From Acetatifactor sp. (GTDB taxonomy: Bacteria > Bacillota > Clostridia > Lachnospirales > Lachnospiraceae): DNA of 64,000 bases. The stretch lies in contig JAZSPK010000030.1 in NCBI GenBank assembly GCA_045537405.1, positions 3,181-67,180 of the forward strand. The letters run 5' to 3'. How positions within the stretch are numbered: position 1 is the stretch's first letter; each line of letters starts with the position of its first letter. A model generated the notes under the pieces. That model was given only the letters and a program-made list of their open reading frames with translations. It was not told where the DNA came from and did no database searches. The position numbers and the translations under genes were made by a program. Below, piece by piece: positions 39,373 through 49,177 of the stretch.

Positions 39373-39528
39373 GTAATAAAGTTATAAAACATTAATACTT
39401 ACTGATAAGTATAGTCCTAAATTGTCAAAAGTGCAAGTAATTTGTCATATACTTGGCTAGTAATATAGGACTAATTACCTCCAAATAATAAAATACCCTC
39501 CGGATAAACCGGAGGGCTCCCTTTTTCT

Positions 39529-40464
39529 TTATTCACATTTATTACAAAGTTCTTCCCAACGTCTGTCTACTTCTGCTTGGAAGGCCACTAAAAGCTCTTC
39601 ATTTCCGGGCTTAAATAAGTGTTTGAAACGTCTCTGAGGACGCAAGAAATCTTCCAAAGGAAGCTTCTTCTTGGGTGCATAGCTCAAAATCCATTTACCA
39701 TCAATCACCTCAAACATGGGCCAGTAACAGGTATCTATCGCCAGCTTACAAATGTTCATCATTTCAGAAGGCTCATAGCCCCATCCACGTGGGCAGGGAG
39801 ACATAACATTTAAGAATGCTGCTCCGGGGGTATAAATAGCCTTTTCTGCCTTGGTATACAAATCCTTGAAATTGCTTGTATAGGTACTCTGACCCACATA
39901 AGGAATGTGATGTTCTGCCATAATAGCCGCCAAATCCTTACGTATCTGCACCTTACCGTTTGATACCTTTCCAGCAGGAGTAGTAGTGGTATCTGCATAC
40001 TGAGGAGTTGCAGAAGAACGCTGGGTACCGGTATTCATATAAGCACCATTGTCATAGCACACATAAACCATGTCATGTCCACGCTCCATGGCACCGGACA
40101 AAGACTGGAAACCGATATCATAGGTACCACCGTCACCACCAAAGGTAATGAACTTGTAGGTATCATCAATTTTACCTTTTTTCTTTAATACTCTGTATGC
40201 AGTTTCCACACCGGAAAGGGTTGCGCCTGCATTTTCAAAAGCATTGTGAATATAGCTGTCTTCGTAAGCAGTGTAGGGATACATAAAGGTAGAAACCTCC
40301 AAGCATCCGGTAGCATTACCGATAACTGCTTTGTCGCCTTCTTTCAGTGCACGAAGTACGGTACGAACTGCTACGGTACCGCCACAACCTGCACACATTC
40401 TATGACCGGGAGCCAGTCGCTCCGGCTTATTCATGACTTCTTTAAAATTATATGTAGCTTCCAT
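39529..40464 (-). CDS. porB: 2-oxoacid:ferredoxin oxidoreductase beta subunit
   Basis: GHRMCAGCG, GGDGG, YMNTG, SPCPRGW. Confidence 0.92.
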   Translation of the reverse strand: MEATYNFKEVMNKPERLAPGHRMCAGCGGTVAVRTVLRALKEGDKAVIGNATGCLEVSTFMYPYTAYEDSYIHNAFENAGATLSGVETAYRVLKKKGKIDDTYKFITFGGDGGTYDIGFQSLSGAMERGHDMVYVCYDNGAYMNTGTQRSSATPQYADTTTTPAGKVSNGKVQIRKDLAAIMAEHHIPYVGQSTYTSNFKDLYTKAEKAIYTPGAAFLNVMSPCPRGWGYEPSEMMNICKLAIDTCYWPMFEVIDGKWILSYAPKKKLPLEDFLRPQRRFKHLFKPGNEELLVAFQAEVDRRWEELCNKCE

Positions 40465-40479
40465 AGTATCAGATTCTCC

Positions 40480-41667
40480 TTACTTCTCTCTCAAACCGAT
40501 GTAATCGTAGTTATCCGTAATCTCGTGGGTTTCCGCAATTTTCTCCAGACGATTGTAAATATCTTCAAAATCCTGCACGGTAATATCACGTCCACCCAAA
40601 CCATAGAAATAATTTACTGCTTCTACCTCAGACTTTGCCTGATACAGTGCTGCACGTACTTCTGCGCCCAAAGGTCCACTGGTTGCGGAGAACATTTCGC
40701 AGCGGTCCATAATAGCTACGGCCTTTACCTTAGAAAGAGCTGCTGCCAATTCTTCTTCCGGGAAAGGACGGAATACACGAATCTTAATCAAACCTACCTT
40801 CTTGCCGGTGGTTGCGCGTATCTGTTCAATAGCTGCCTTACAAGTACCTGCTGCGGAACCGATAATTACGATAGCATATTCTGCATCTTCCATACGATAT
40901 TCTTCAAAGAAACCATACTTTCTGCCGGTCATCTTTTCAAACTTCTCTGCCATATCCAAGATTACCTGCTTGGCGTTCATCATAGCCTGTCTCTGAGCAC
41001 GCTTGGTCTCCATATAGTAGTTAGATACAGCGTAAGGACCTACGGACATCTTTTCCTTTGCATTTAACAAATAATGCTCCGGTTCGTACTCGCCCACGAA
41101 ATCCTTTACCAAATCATCTTCCACCAAAAGAATATTCTCCACACCATGACTGGTGATGAAACCATCCTGGCAAATCATAATGGGTAAATGCACATCCTTA
41201 TGCTCTGCAATGGGGAATGCCTGAAGGAAGTTGTCATATACTTCCTGATTGGACTCTGCATAAATCTGAATCCAGCCCGAATCTCTGGCACCCATACTGT
41301 CGGAATGGTCCGCATTAATGTTAATAGGACCGGTTAAGGCTCTGTTTACCAATGCCAGTACAATGGGAAGTCTGTCAGACGCTGCCACGTACAATTCTTC
41401 CCACATAAGCGCCATACCACAGGAAGAGGTAGCAGTCAATGCTCTGGCTCCTGCTGCTGAAGCACCCAAAGTAGCACTCATGGCACTGTGTTCACTTTCC
41501 ACATGAATAAATTCTGTATCAATTTCTCCGTTGGCAATATAGTTTGCCACATACTGAGGAATCTCGGTTGAAGGGGTAATAGGGAACGCCGGAAAAACAT
41601 CCGGGTTAATCTGCTTAATTGCATAAGCTACCGCTTCGTTACCTGATAATCTTTCTCTGATAGCCAT
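40480..41667 (-). CDS. porA: 2-oxoacid:ferredoxin oxidoreductase alpha subunit
   Basis: FPITPST, VESEHSAMS, DGFITSH, FRPFP. Confidence 0.92.
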   Translation of the reverse strand: MAIRERLSGNEAVAYAIKQINPDVFPAFPITPSTEIPQYVANYIANGEIDTEFIHVESEHSAMSATLGASAAGARALTATSSCGMALMWEELYVAASDRLPIVLALVNRALTGPININADHSDSMGARDSGWIQIYAESNQEVYDNFLQAFPIAEHKDVHLPIMICQDGFITSHGVENILLVEDDLVKDFVGEYEPEHYLLNAKEKMSVGPYAVSNYYMETKRAQRQAMMNAKQVILDMAEKFEKMTGRKYGFFEEYRMEDAEYAIVIIGSAAGTCKAAIEQIRATTGKKVGLIKIRVFRPFPEEELAAALSKVKAVAIMDRCEMFSATSGPLGAEVRAALYQAKSEVEAVNYFYGLGGRDITVQDFEDIYNRLEKIAETHEITDNYDYIGLREK

Positions 41668-41964
41668 TTATTTGCCCTCCTTCATTTCAATCGCACCAAA
41701 AGGACAAACCTTGGCACAAATACCACAACCCTTGCAGTGGTCATAGTCAAACTCTCCACGCTTGCAATCCTTCACCGGGATGGAAGAATCCGGGCAAACA
41801 GGCACACAAAGGAGACACTGCTTACATTTTTCCTCAATGAATACCGGTGTGGAGGTTCTCCACTCACCGGTGCAGAACTCTCTTGAAGTCGCTGCTTCAA
41901 ATACTTTATTTCCCTCGGTAATATCCTGCCAGGGACTTCTTTCGTTAATTCTATCGCTAATCAT
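41668..41964 (-). CDS. porD: 2-oxoacid:ferredoxin oxidoreductase delta (ferredoxin-like) subunit
   Basis: TGEWR and two CxxCxxCxxxCP motifs. Confidence 0.9.
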   Translation of the reverse strand: MISDRINERSPWQDITEGNKVFEAATSREFCTGEWRTSTPVFIEEKCKQCLLCVPVCPDSSIPVKDCKRGEFDYDHCKGCGICAKVCPFGAIEMKEGK

Positions 41965-42537
41965 TTAACCTACCTCCTCAAATGCAAGTTCCAGTGCCAT
42001 CATATTACCGTCGATAACCTCCGGCTTCTTTGCAAACTTATGCTGGAAGGATGCACGCATTTCGTTTAAGAATTCAGCCTTGTCCATTACCTTGGATACT
42101 GCTACGGTTGCCGCCAACATGGGCGAGTTAGGGTAGTTCTTGCCCAGTGCCTTAATAGAGATTTCCCTTGCATCTACGGTGTAAACCTCTCCTTCGTAGC
42201 CGCGAAGCAAAGGTTTTACTTCCTCAACGCTACGGGTGGTATTAATAATAATGGCACCTTCCTTGTTTAATCCCTTGGTCACATCAATACTCTCTAACAA
42301 AGTCTCGTCAACTACTACCACGTAGTCCGGATCATAAATATTGGAATGTACGGTGATAGGATTGTCACTGATACGATTGTATGCGGTAATGGGTGCTCCC
42401 ATACGCTCCGGACCATACTCCGGAAAGCCCTGTACATACTTACCTGCTTTGAATGCCACGTCCGCCAGCAAAAGAGCTGCTGTCTTAGCACCCTGACCCC
42501 CGCGGCCATGCCATCTGATTTCCACTGATTTGTTCAT
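41965..42537 (-). CDS. porC: 2-oxoacid:ferredoxin oxidoreductase gamma subunit
   Basis: HGRGGQG, YGPERMGAP. Confidence 0.92.
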   Translation of the reverse strand: MNKSVEIRWHGRGGQGAKTAALLLADVAFKAGKYVQGFPEYGPERMGAPITAYNRISDNPITVHSNIYDPDYVVVVDETLLESIDVTKGLNKEGAIIINTTRSVEEVKPLLRGYEGEVYTVDAREISIKALGKNYPNSPMLAATVAVSKVMDKAEFLNEMRASFQHKFAKKPEVIDGNMMALELAFEEVG

Positions 42538-42554
42538 TTGTCTAAATTTCCTTT

Positions 42555-42805
42555 CTAAAAAACGTAAGCTCCTGTCGCAAACGACAGGAGCCTATTATTT
42601 CTCTCTCATTCATCCACGACATACCAACATATGCGTCCTCGATTACGGGAGGAATCCGTCAACGTCTACTCGCACATCTTATAGATGCCCTTTGGCGTTG
42701 CAACTTCGGAGGGATATTCCTTATCTTCTTACTCGTACCGCATCTCAGCTTCCGCGGCTCTCTGTGACTTTCCAAAAGTAAGTACTGGCTCCATCATCGT
42801 CTTTC
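42555..42805 (-). promoter_or_regulatory. T-box leader (probable Ile specifier AUC) with terminator
   Basis: Stem I motifs AGTA, AGAGAG, GCTGAGA and GAA-T-ATC; AGTAG/CCCGTAA stem II region; UGGU bulge in an atypical context; terminator GCTCCTGTCG/CGACAGGAGC. Confidence 0.75.
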
Positions 42806-42828
42806 CATACAAATATGTAATTGGCTTT

Positions 42829-42857
42829 ATTATATTAACGTGTTGATGAATTGTCAA
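42829..42857 (-). promoter_or_regulatory. Sigma-A promoter of the por operon
   Basis: Perfect TTGACA-17-TATAAT. Confidence 0.85.
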
Positions 42858-42934
42858 GTTGATTTTTGTATGTTAGGAAAATTTTTGTGATGTTTCTATT
42901 GTTTTCTACACCTTCACAACATCTTTCTTTCTCG

Positions 42935-43125
42935 AAGTAATCCCATGAAGCTCTTTTCGGCTTCTATGGGATTACTTTGGGAACACTTCACCATTCTCGC
43001 CTATCCCAAAATAATCCCAGGGAGCTCCTTTATGTCTTCATGGGATTACTTTTGGAGCACTTTCTCATTCCCTCCTATCCCCCAATAGTCCCATGAAGCT
43101 CGTTTAGACCTTCATGGGATTACTT
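42935..43125. repeat. Tandem array of three 43-bp palindromes, 74-bp period
   Basis: Consensus AAGTAATCCCATGAAG...CTTCATGGGATTACTT at 42935, 43009, 43083. Confidence 0.85.
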
Positions 43126-43246
43126 TTACAATACTACATACATTTCTTCACATAAAAATCACCCCACTTAGCCTCAAACAGCTTCCATGGGGTGAACACT
43201 TAGTAGCGATCGACATATTTACCCTTGCCAAACTACTTAATATTTT

Positions 43247-44785
43247 TTATTCCTCAATCGACTTTTTCTTACTTACCAAAACCTTCTCTTCAAAGCATTC
43301 GAAAATTTCTTCCACTGTCTCCTTCTTCATCTTCGGAGTAATAAGGCTCACAATAGGAACCACAATCATTCCTGCCACCATAGCAATGGCACCTGCATTA
43401 ATAGGCGATGCAATAAACTTGAAGAACATATTGGCTACGGTAATACCTACGCCACAAGCAAAACTTGCCCAAACAGCAGCTTTGGTTACGCCCTTCCAGT
43501 ACAATCCGTACATGAAAGGTGCCAGGAATGCACCTGCAAGTGCGCCCCAGGAGATACCCATAAGCTGCGCGATGAAGGTGGGTGGATTAAGTGCCAGCAC
43601 TACACTAACTACAATAAATACCACCAAAAAGATTCTCATGCAGAGAAGCTGCTTCTTTTCGTTCATTTCTTTTACAATATTTCCCTTAATCAAGTCCAGT
43701 GTCAAAGTAGAACTGGAGGTTAGTACCAAAGATGACAAGGTTGACATAGACGCAGAAAGTACCAATACAATCACAATACCAATCAGGATATCCGGCAAGG
43801 TAGAAAGCATGCTGGGCACAATGGCATCGTAAACAATCTTGCCATTTTCATAAATGTCATCCGAATCAAACAAACGTGAGAAACCGCCCAGGAAGTAACA
43901 ACCACCGGAAATCACAATTGCAAAAAAGGTTGAAATGATAGTACCTGTCTTAATGGACTTTTCATCCTTGATTGCATAGAATTTATGTACCATCTGAGGA
44001 AGTCCCCAGGTACCCAGAGAGGTTAATATTACAACACCAATTAAATTCGGCAGATCCGGTCCGAAGAAAGAAGTAAACACTCCCTTCTGTCCCATGGTAA
44101 GGGACACATCACTTTCCAGTTCTGCTAATTTAAATATTGCTTCGTAGAAGCCACCCTGACCATTTAATACCGCTACTACTACAGCTACAATACCAAACAG
44201 CATGATGATACCCTGAATAAAGTCTGTTATAGCGGTTGCCATATATCCCCCCAAGGTTACGTACAAACCGGTTAACACTGCCATGGTGATAACACACACC
44301 ACATAAGGAATATCAAATGCCATACCAAACAATCTGGATAAACCATTATATACGGATGCCGTATAGGGAATCATAAATATAAAAGTAATAGCACTTGCAA
44401 CAATTCTTAATGCATTGGAATCAAAACGCTTGCCAAAGAAATCCGGCATAGTTGCAGATGACAACTTTTTGGTCATAACGCGGGTTCGTCTACCCAAAAT
44501 GATCCATGCCAGTAAGGAACCGATAAGCGCATTACCGATACCAATCCAAGTGGCAGAAAGACCATATTTATATCCAAACTGTCCTGCATAGCCTACAAAC
44601 ACTACTGCAGAAAAATAAGAAGTACCATACGCAAAAGCGGTCAGCCAGGGACCTACCCCTCTGCCACCTAATACGAAGTCATTTACGTTTTTTACTTTGC
44701 TCTGTGAATAAATGCCCACACCAATCATACATGCAAAAAATAGTACCAATAATGTGATTTTGATAATCATGTCCTTTTCCTCCAA
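43247..44785 (-). CDS. Sodium:solute symporter (SSS family)
   Basis: DFVLGGR, TDFIQG, GLPQ, SASMSTLSS; about 13 TM. Confidence 0.9.
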   Translation of the reverse strand: MEEKDMIIKITLLVLFFACMIGVGIYSQSKVKNVNDFVLGGRGVGPWLTAFAYGTSYFSAVVFVGYAGQFGYKYGLSATWIGIGNALIGSLLAWIILGRRTRVMTKKLSSATMPDFFGKRFDSNALRIVASAITFIFMIPYTASVYNGLSRLFGMAFDIPYVVCVITMAVLTGLYVTLGGYMATAITDFIQGIIMLFGIVAVVVAVLNGQGGFYEAIFKLAELESDVSLTMGQKGVFTSFFGPDLPNLIGVVILTSLGTWGLPQMVHKFYAIKDEKSIKTGTIISTFFAIVISGGCYFLGGFSRLFDSDDIYENGKIVYDAIVPSMLSTLPDILIGIVIVLVLSASMSTLSSLVLTSSSTLTLDLIKGNIVKEMNEKKQLLCMRIFLVVFIVVSVVLALNPPTFIAQLMGISWGALAGAFLAPFMYGLYWKGVTKAAVWASFACGVGITVANMFFKFIASPINAGAIAMVAGMIVVPIVSLITPKMKKETVEEIFECFEEKVLVSKKKSIEE

Positions 44786-44825
44786 TGTCCTTTTACACTT
44801 ACTTTGGCTTTATCACTCAAAAGCG

Positions 44826-44906
44826 CAACGCTTTAAACTTTTGAAGTTAGACGCTTTAAAGCGATAAAGTAATTATGATTATACAACCCCCTCGCAGAAA
44901 TTGCAA
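44826..44906 (-). promoter_or_regulatory. Promoter with CGCTTTAA operator-like repeats
   Basis: TTGCAA-17-TATAAT (44878-44906); ACGCTTTAAA at 44828 and 44851; palindrome CGCTTTAAAGCG. Confidence 0.6.
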
Positions 44907-44935
44907 GGGGGTTTTTAAAAAATATTAAATTCATT

Positions 44936-45733
44936 TTACATATTCAACAATTTCCTTGCATTACCGGCAAATATAGCCTCTTTTCCAGCATCTGCTAAAG
45001 GCAAACTATTGATTACTTCAATATCTCTCCTTGCGTCGCTCCATGGCGAATCAGTAGCAAACAAAATCTTGTTCGTACCATGCTTTTCACAAAGTTTCAG
45101 GAACATTTCCCGGGACATATAATCAAAACAAAAGGCTGTGTCCAAGTACACCTGCTCTCCTGCCAGATATTCATATACCTCATCCCACTGTTTCCAGCCA
45201 CCCATATGGGCCAGCACCAGTTTCTTAGGTTTCAGAGTATCCAGCACCCTACGTGCCCTGTCCGGCGGACAGTGTACGGTCTCCGGCAAGCCAATATCAA
45301 TACCTGCATGCACCAGAATTACAAGCCCCAGCGCATCAGCGTACTGAATAATTCTCATATAACGAGGATCATCAATCATCACACCCTGATAGTCCGGATG
45401 CAGCTTAATTCCTGGCAAACCCAGTTCCTTAATGCGGTCCAGTTCAGCCTTGTAATCCTCACTGTCCGGATGAATACCACCGAAGGAAATCAACTTCCCA
45501 GCATACTGCTCATTCACTTTTGCCGCAAAGGTATTAACCGACTCAAACTGAGATGGTTTCGTGACCACCGGCATGATTACAGACAAATCCACCCCGGACT
45601 TATCCATAGAGGTAAGCAGCCCCTTCAAAGTGCCATCTGTTGCCGCCGTTACACCAGCCACCTCAGACAATGCAGCAATGGTTTTCTCTGCAATTTTATC
45701 CGGGAAAATATGAGTATGAAAATCAATTATCAT
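44936..45733 (-). CDS. Amidohydrolase_2 family protein
   Basis: IDFHTH, GIKLHP, HAG, AHMGG, FATDSPW. Confidence 0.88.
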   Translation of the reverse strand: MIIDFHTHIFPDKIAEKTIAALSEVAGVTAATDGTLKGLLTSMDKSGVDLSVIMPVVTKPSQFESVNTFAAKVNEQYAGKLISFGGIHPDSEDYKAELDRIKELGLPGIKLHPDYQGVMIDDPRYMRIIQYADALGLVILVHAGIDIGLPETVHCPPDRARRVLDTLKPKKLVLAHMGGWKQWDEVYEYLAGEQVYLDTAFCFDYMSREMFLKLCEKHGTNKILFATDSPWSDARRDIEVINSLPLADAGKEAIFAGNARKLLNM

Positions 45734-45884
45734 AATATGCCTCCTCGTGCCTTAATCATTATTGAGTATCTTGCTATTTAATCTTTTTATGCAGATTCAA
45801 ACTCTATTCTACCATCATCTGCGATAGCCTTGGACCCCCTTCGCAAATGCTTTCCATACGGATACCACACCTTTCCTTATCACA

Positions 45885-46466
45885 TTATAATCCACGGAAA
45901 AGCAGTGCCATAATTCCACATACAACCATTGCAAGCACAGCTGAACCAATTGCCAGTAACACTTTCTGATAAGGACGTTTGCCGGATTCTCTTGCTTTTT
46001 CAATCTCGTCTAGGCTCTTTCCTTCCATAAAAGCGCTGATTTCCTTGTAGGTCTGGATATCGAATTTCTTCTTATACTTTTCTACACGGAAGGCAAAGTA
46101 CAAACCCACTGCACAAATTACTAGATACACAGCCATGCCCCACCAGCCGAAAAAGTGTGCCAGGGGTATGGGCATAACCAACATAAGCACGTAAAACACT
46201 GTCATAATAGCAGCGTCCTTCTGAAAGTTTGTAAGTTCCTGGGTATTAATTTCTTTTTTCATGATTTCTAAATCTCCTTTGATTAATTGATCAAGGGACA
46301 CCTGAAAAACTTCACTTAAGAGCAACAAACTTTTAATATCCGGATAGGTCTTATCATTTTCCCAATTGGATATGGACTGGCGTGAGACAAATATTTTTTC
46401 TGCCAACTCATCCTGGGACATGGACAACTCACTACGATATTTTTTGATTTGTGAACCAAGATTCAT
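45885..46466 (-). CDS. XRE HTH regulator with C-terminal TM helices
   Basis: SQDELAEKIFVSRQSISNWEND. Confidence 0.88.
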   Translation of the reverse strand: MNLGSQIKKYRSELSMSQDELAEKIFVSRQSISNWENDKTYPDIKSLLLLSEVFQVSLDQLIKGDLEIMKKEINTQELTNFQKDAAIMTVFYVLMLVMPIPLAHFFGWWGMAVYLVICAVGLYFAFRVEKYKKKFDIQTYKEISAFMEGKSLDEIEKARESGKRPYQKVLLAIGSAVLAMVVCGIMALLFRGL

Positions 46467-46689
46467 TTTCTGTATCTCCTTTCTTCTCCACCATATGCCT
46501 GATGGCGATTTTTCACAATCAAAGGGCTTTTACATGTGCACTTTTCGATATGTAAAAGGTGTTTTACATGCCCAAAACCAACGTATTTCCGTGGTTTTCG
46601 GCTCATTTCAATTACAGCCCCATTACTTTCGTGACATGTCCCTGATTTTTCCGGACAAGCCTCGTAGCGATGGGGCTGTTAAATATTTC

Positions 46690-47259
46690 TTAGCTTTCAA
46701 ATCCAAGCAAGAACGCTTTTTTATTAATTTCCACAGTCTTAGGTGGAACGGTCTTTTCGATGACATTCAGCCATGCTTCCTTAGAGAAGTCCATATGCTT
46801 AGCTGCCACACCAAGTACGATAATATTAAATACTCTGGAATTGCCCAGCTTCAAAGCTTCATCCATAGCGTTCACGCTGTATACGCTGTGCTCCTTTGCC
46901 AGATTCTCAATAATGTTTTCCGGATACTGTGCTGCACCGGTTACTACGGGCATGGGGTCGATACGATGGTCGTTAACTACGATAGCACCGTCCTTTTTCA
47001 AAAAGTGTGCATAACGGAGTGCCTCTAATTTCTCAAAAGCAATGAGTACGTCTGCCTGGCCTTCTTCTACGATGGGTTCTGCAACCTTCTCGCCATAGCG
47101 GACAAAGGTAACCACGCTACCACCACGCTGTGCCATACCATGCACCTCAGAAAGCTTTACATCATATCCTGCATCTACGGTGATACCACCCAAGATACGG
47201 CTGGTAAGAAGGGTTCCCTGTCCACCAACACCTACAATCATAATATTCTTTGTCTTCAT
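46690..47259 (-). CDS. iorB: Indolepyruvate:ferredoxin oxidoreductase beta subunit
   Basis: GVGGQG, SEVHGMAQRGGSV. Confidence 0.92.
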   Translation of the reverse strand: MKTKNIMIVGVGGQGTLLTSRILGGITVDAGYDVKLSEVHGMAQRGGSVVTFVRYGEKVAEPIVEEGQADVLIAFEKLEALRYAHFLKKDGAIVVNDHRIDPMPVVTGAAQYPENIIENLAKEHSVYSVNAMDEALKLGNSRVFNIIVLGVAAKHMDFSKEAWLNVIEKTVPPKTVEINKKAFLLGFES

Positions 47260-47272
47260 ACTTACACCTTTC

Positions 47273-47346
47273 TCGGCAGGCAGTCACATAACATTTCCAC
47301 TCTGCCGCGCTCTCGCTCCGTGGAAACATTATGCGCCTGCCCGTCG
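47273..47346. repeat. Palindromic intergenic element between iorA and iorB
   Basis: GGCAGGC/GCCTGCC, CATAA/TTATG and TTTCCAC/GTGGAAA nested arms. Confidence 0.55.
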
Positions 47347-47353
47347 TAAACCT

Positions 47354-49093
47354 CTAAATATCTACAGTCTCGATCGCATCAAATTTACAGATTCCCTTAC
47401 ACAATCCACATCCGTTACACATGGTCTGGTCGATGGAGATGGTGCCGTCTGCGTTCTTGGTCAATGCAGGACAGCCGGGCTTTAAGCACATGCCGCACTT
47501 CTTACACTTCTCAGGAACAGGAACACATTTGGTAGTAAATTTATTGCCCTTTAAGAGCACACAGGGAGACTTGGTAATAATAACGGATACTTCATCCTTT
47601 GCCACTTCTTCCTTAATAACTTTCTCAAGAGTTACAGTATCAAAAGCATTTACTTCCACTACATTCTTGATGCCCATAGCCTTGCAAAGTTCAAAAATAT
47701 TGATAGCAGGTACGGTCTCGCCCATAAGGGTCTTTCCGGTTGCTGCATGATCCTGATGACCGGTCATACCGGTAGTAGAGTTATCCAGAATCATAACGGT
47801 TCCGGTACCCTGGTTATAAACCATGTTCATAAGGGAGTTCACACCGGTGTGCATAAAGGTAGAATCACCGATAACTGCTACCCAGTTCTTGATGTAGTCC
47901 TTTCCCTTTGCCTTCTCCATACCATGGAGGGTAGAGATACTTGCCCCCATACAAACAGTGGTATCTACCACGCTAAGAGGTGCCACTGCACCCAAGGTAT
48001 AGCATCCGATATCGCCGGCAGCGTGAATTTTTAACTTGTTCAGTACAGAGTATACGCTTCTGTGAGGACAGCCCGGGCAAAGAATGGGAGGTCTTGCAGG
48101 CACCTGTGCTGCTGCCTTGATTTCCTCTTCTTCCTTAAGTACTGCCTTGCGAAGCATATTTGCGCTGTATTCGCCCTGTACGGTGAAAATCTCCTTACCA
48201 ATGCACTTAATGCCCCAGGACTTAATCTGCTCTTCAAAAACAGGCTCTAATTCTTCAAATATGTACAGAGTTTCTACTTTGGAAGCAAACTCTTCAATTA
48301 ACTTCTTAGGGATAGGATGTACCAAACCAAGTTTGAGTACGGATGCTTCCGGACAAGCTTCCTTCACATACTGATAAGCAATACCACTGGTAATGAAACC
48401 AATCTTGGTGTCATTCATTTCCACCTTGTTGATAGGCATGGTGCAAGCATCCTCTGCCATATCTTTCAAACGCTTCTCTACGTATACGTGACGTCCCTTA
48501 GCATTGCCGGGCATCATAACGAACTTGCTTACATTTCTCTCATAAGGAATGTCGATGGGCTCGCATCTTTCTTCCAAGGTAACAGGACCCTGTGAATGAG
48601 ACAAACGAGTGGTAGTACGCAAAATAATAGGGGTGTCGTACTTCTCAGACAAATCAAAGGCATACTTCATGAAATCCTTTGCTTCCTGGGAGTCTGAAGG
48701 CTCCAGTACCGGTACCATAGCAGCTCTTGCTACACATCTGGTATCCTGCTCGTTCTGGGAAGAATACAGACCTGGATCGTCTGCTGCCACCAATACCAAA
48801 CCGCCGTTTACACCTGCATAAGAAATGGTGTAAAGAGGGTCGCTCGCTACGTTCACACCAACATGCTTCATGCTTGCCATGGAACGTACACCGCTGATGG
48901 ATGCACCGATAGCTACTTCCATAGCTACCTTCTCGTTAGGAGACCACTCTGCGTAAATCTCCGGATAATTCACAATATTTTCACTGATTTCGGTACTGGG
49001 GGTGCCGGGATACGCTGCAGATACCTTCACGCCTGCTTCATACGCACCACGGGCGATAGCCTCATTACCTAACATAATCTTTGTTTCGCTCAT
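47354..49093 (-). CDS. iorA: Indolepyruvate:ferredoxin oxidoreductase alpha subunit
   Basis: YPGTPSTEI, NEKVA, LCPGCPH, GDIGCY, GDSTF, C-terminal 2x[4Fe-4S]; ATG at 49093. Confidence 0.92.
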   Translation of the reverse strand: MSETKIMLGNEAIARGAYEAGVKVSAAYPGTPSTEISENIVNYPEIYAEWSPNEKVAMEVAIGASISGVRSMASMKHVGVNVASDPLYTISYAGVNGGLVLVAADDPGLYSSQNEQDTRCVARAAMVPVLEPSDSQEAKDFMKYAFDLSEKYDTPIILRTTTRLSHSQGPVTLEERCEPIDIPYERNVSKFVMMPGNAKGRHVYVEKRLKDMAEDACTMPINKVEMNDTKIGFITSGIAYQYVKEACPEASVLKLGLVHPIPKKLIEEFASKVETLYIFEELEPVFEEQIKSWGIKCIGKEIFTVQGEYSANMLRKAVLKEEEEIKAAAQVPARPPILCPGCPHRSVYSVLNKLKIHAAGDIGCYTLGAVAPLSVVDTTVCMGASISTLHGMEKAKGKDYIKNWVAVIGDSTFMHTGVNSLMNMVYNQGTGTVMILDNSTTGMTGHQDHAATGKTLMGETVPAINIFELCKAMGIKNVVEVNAFDTVTLEKVIKEEVAKDEVSVIITKSPCVLLKGNKFTTKCVPVPEKCKKCGMCLKPGCPALTKNADGTISIDQTMCNGCGLCKGICKFDAIETVDI

Positions 49094-49177
49094 CTTAACG
49101 TTCCTTTCTATGTTTGTTTTCCTACATTGTTTGGACACCAAACTCGAAAATGCTTCGCATTTCTACTATCCAAACAA

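Noticed and set aside
42935-43125. CRISPR array (repeat/spacer-like period), also 56629-56820
   Set aside because: Repeats are degenerate, the two linkers of the first array resemble each other (TGGGAACACTTCACCATTCTCGCCTATCCCA vs TTGGAGCACTTTCTCATTCCCTCCTATCCCC), there are only three units and no cas genes in the window.
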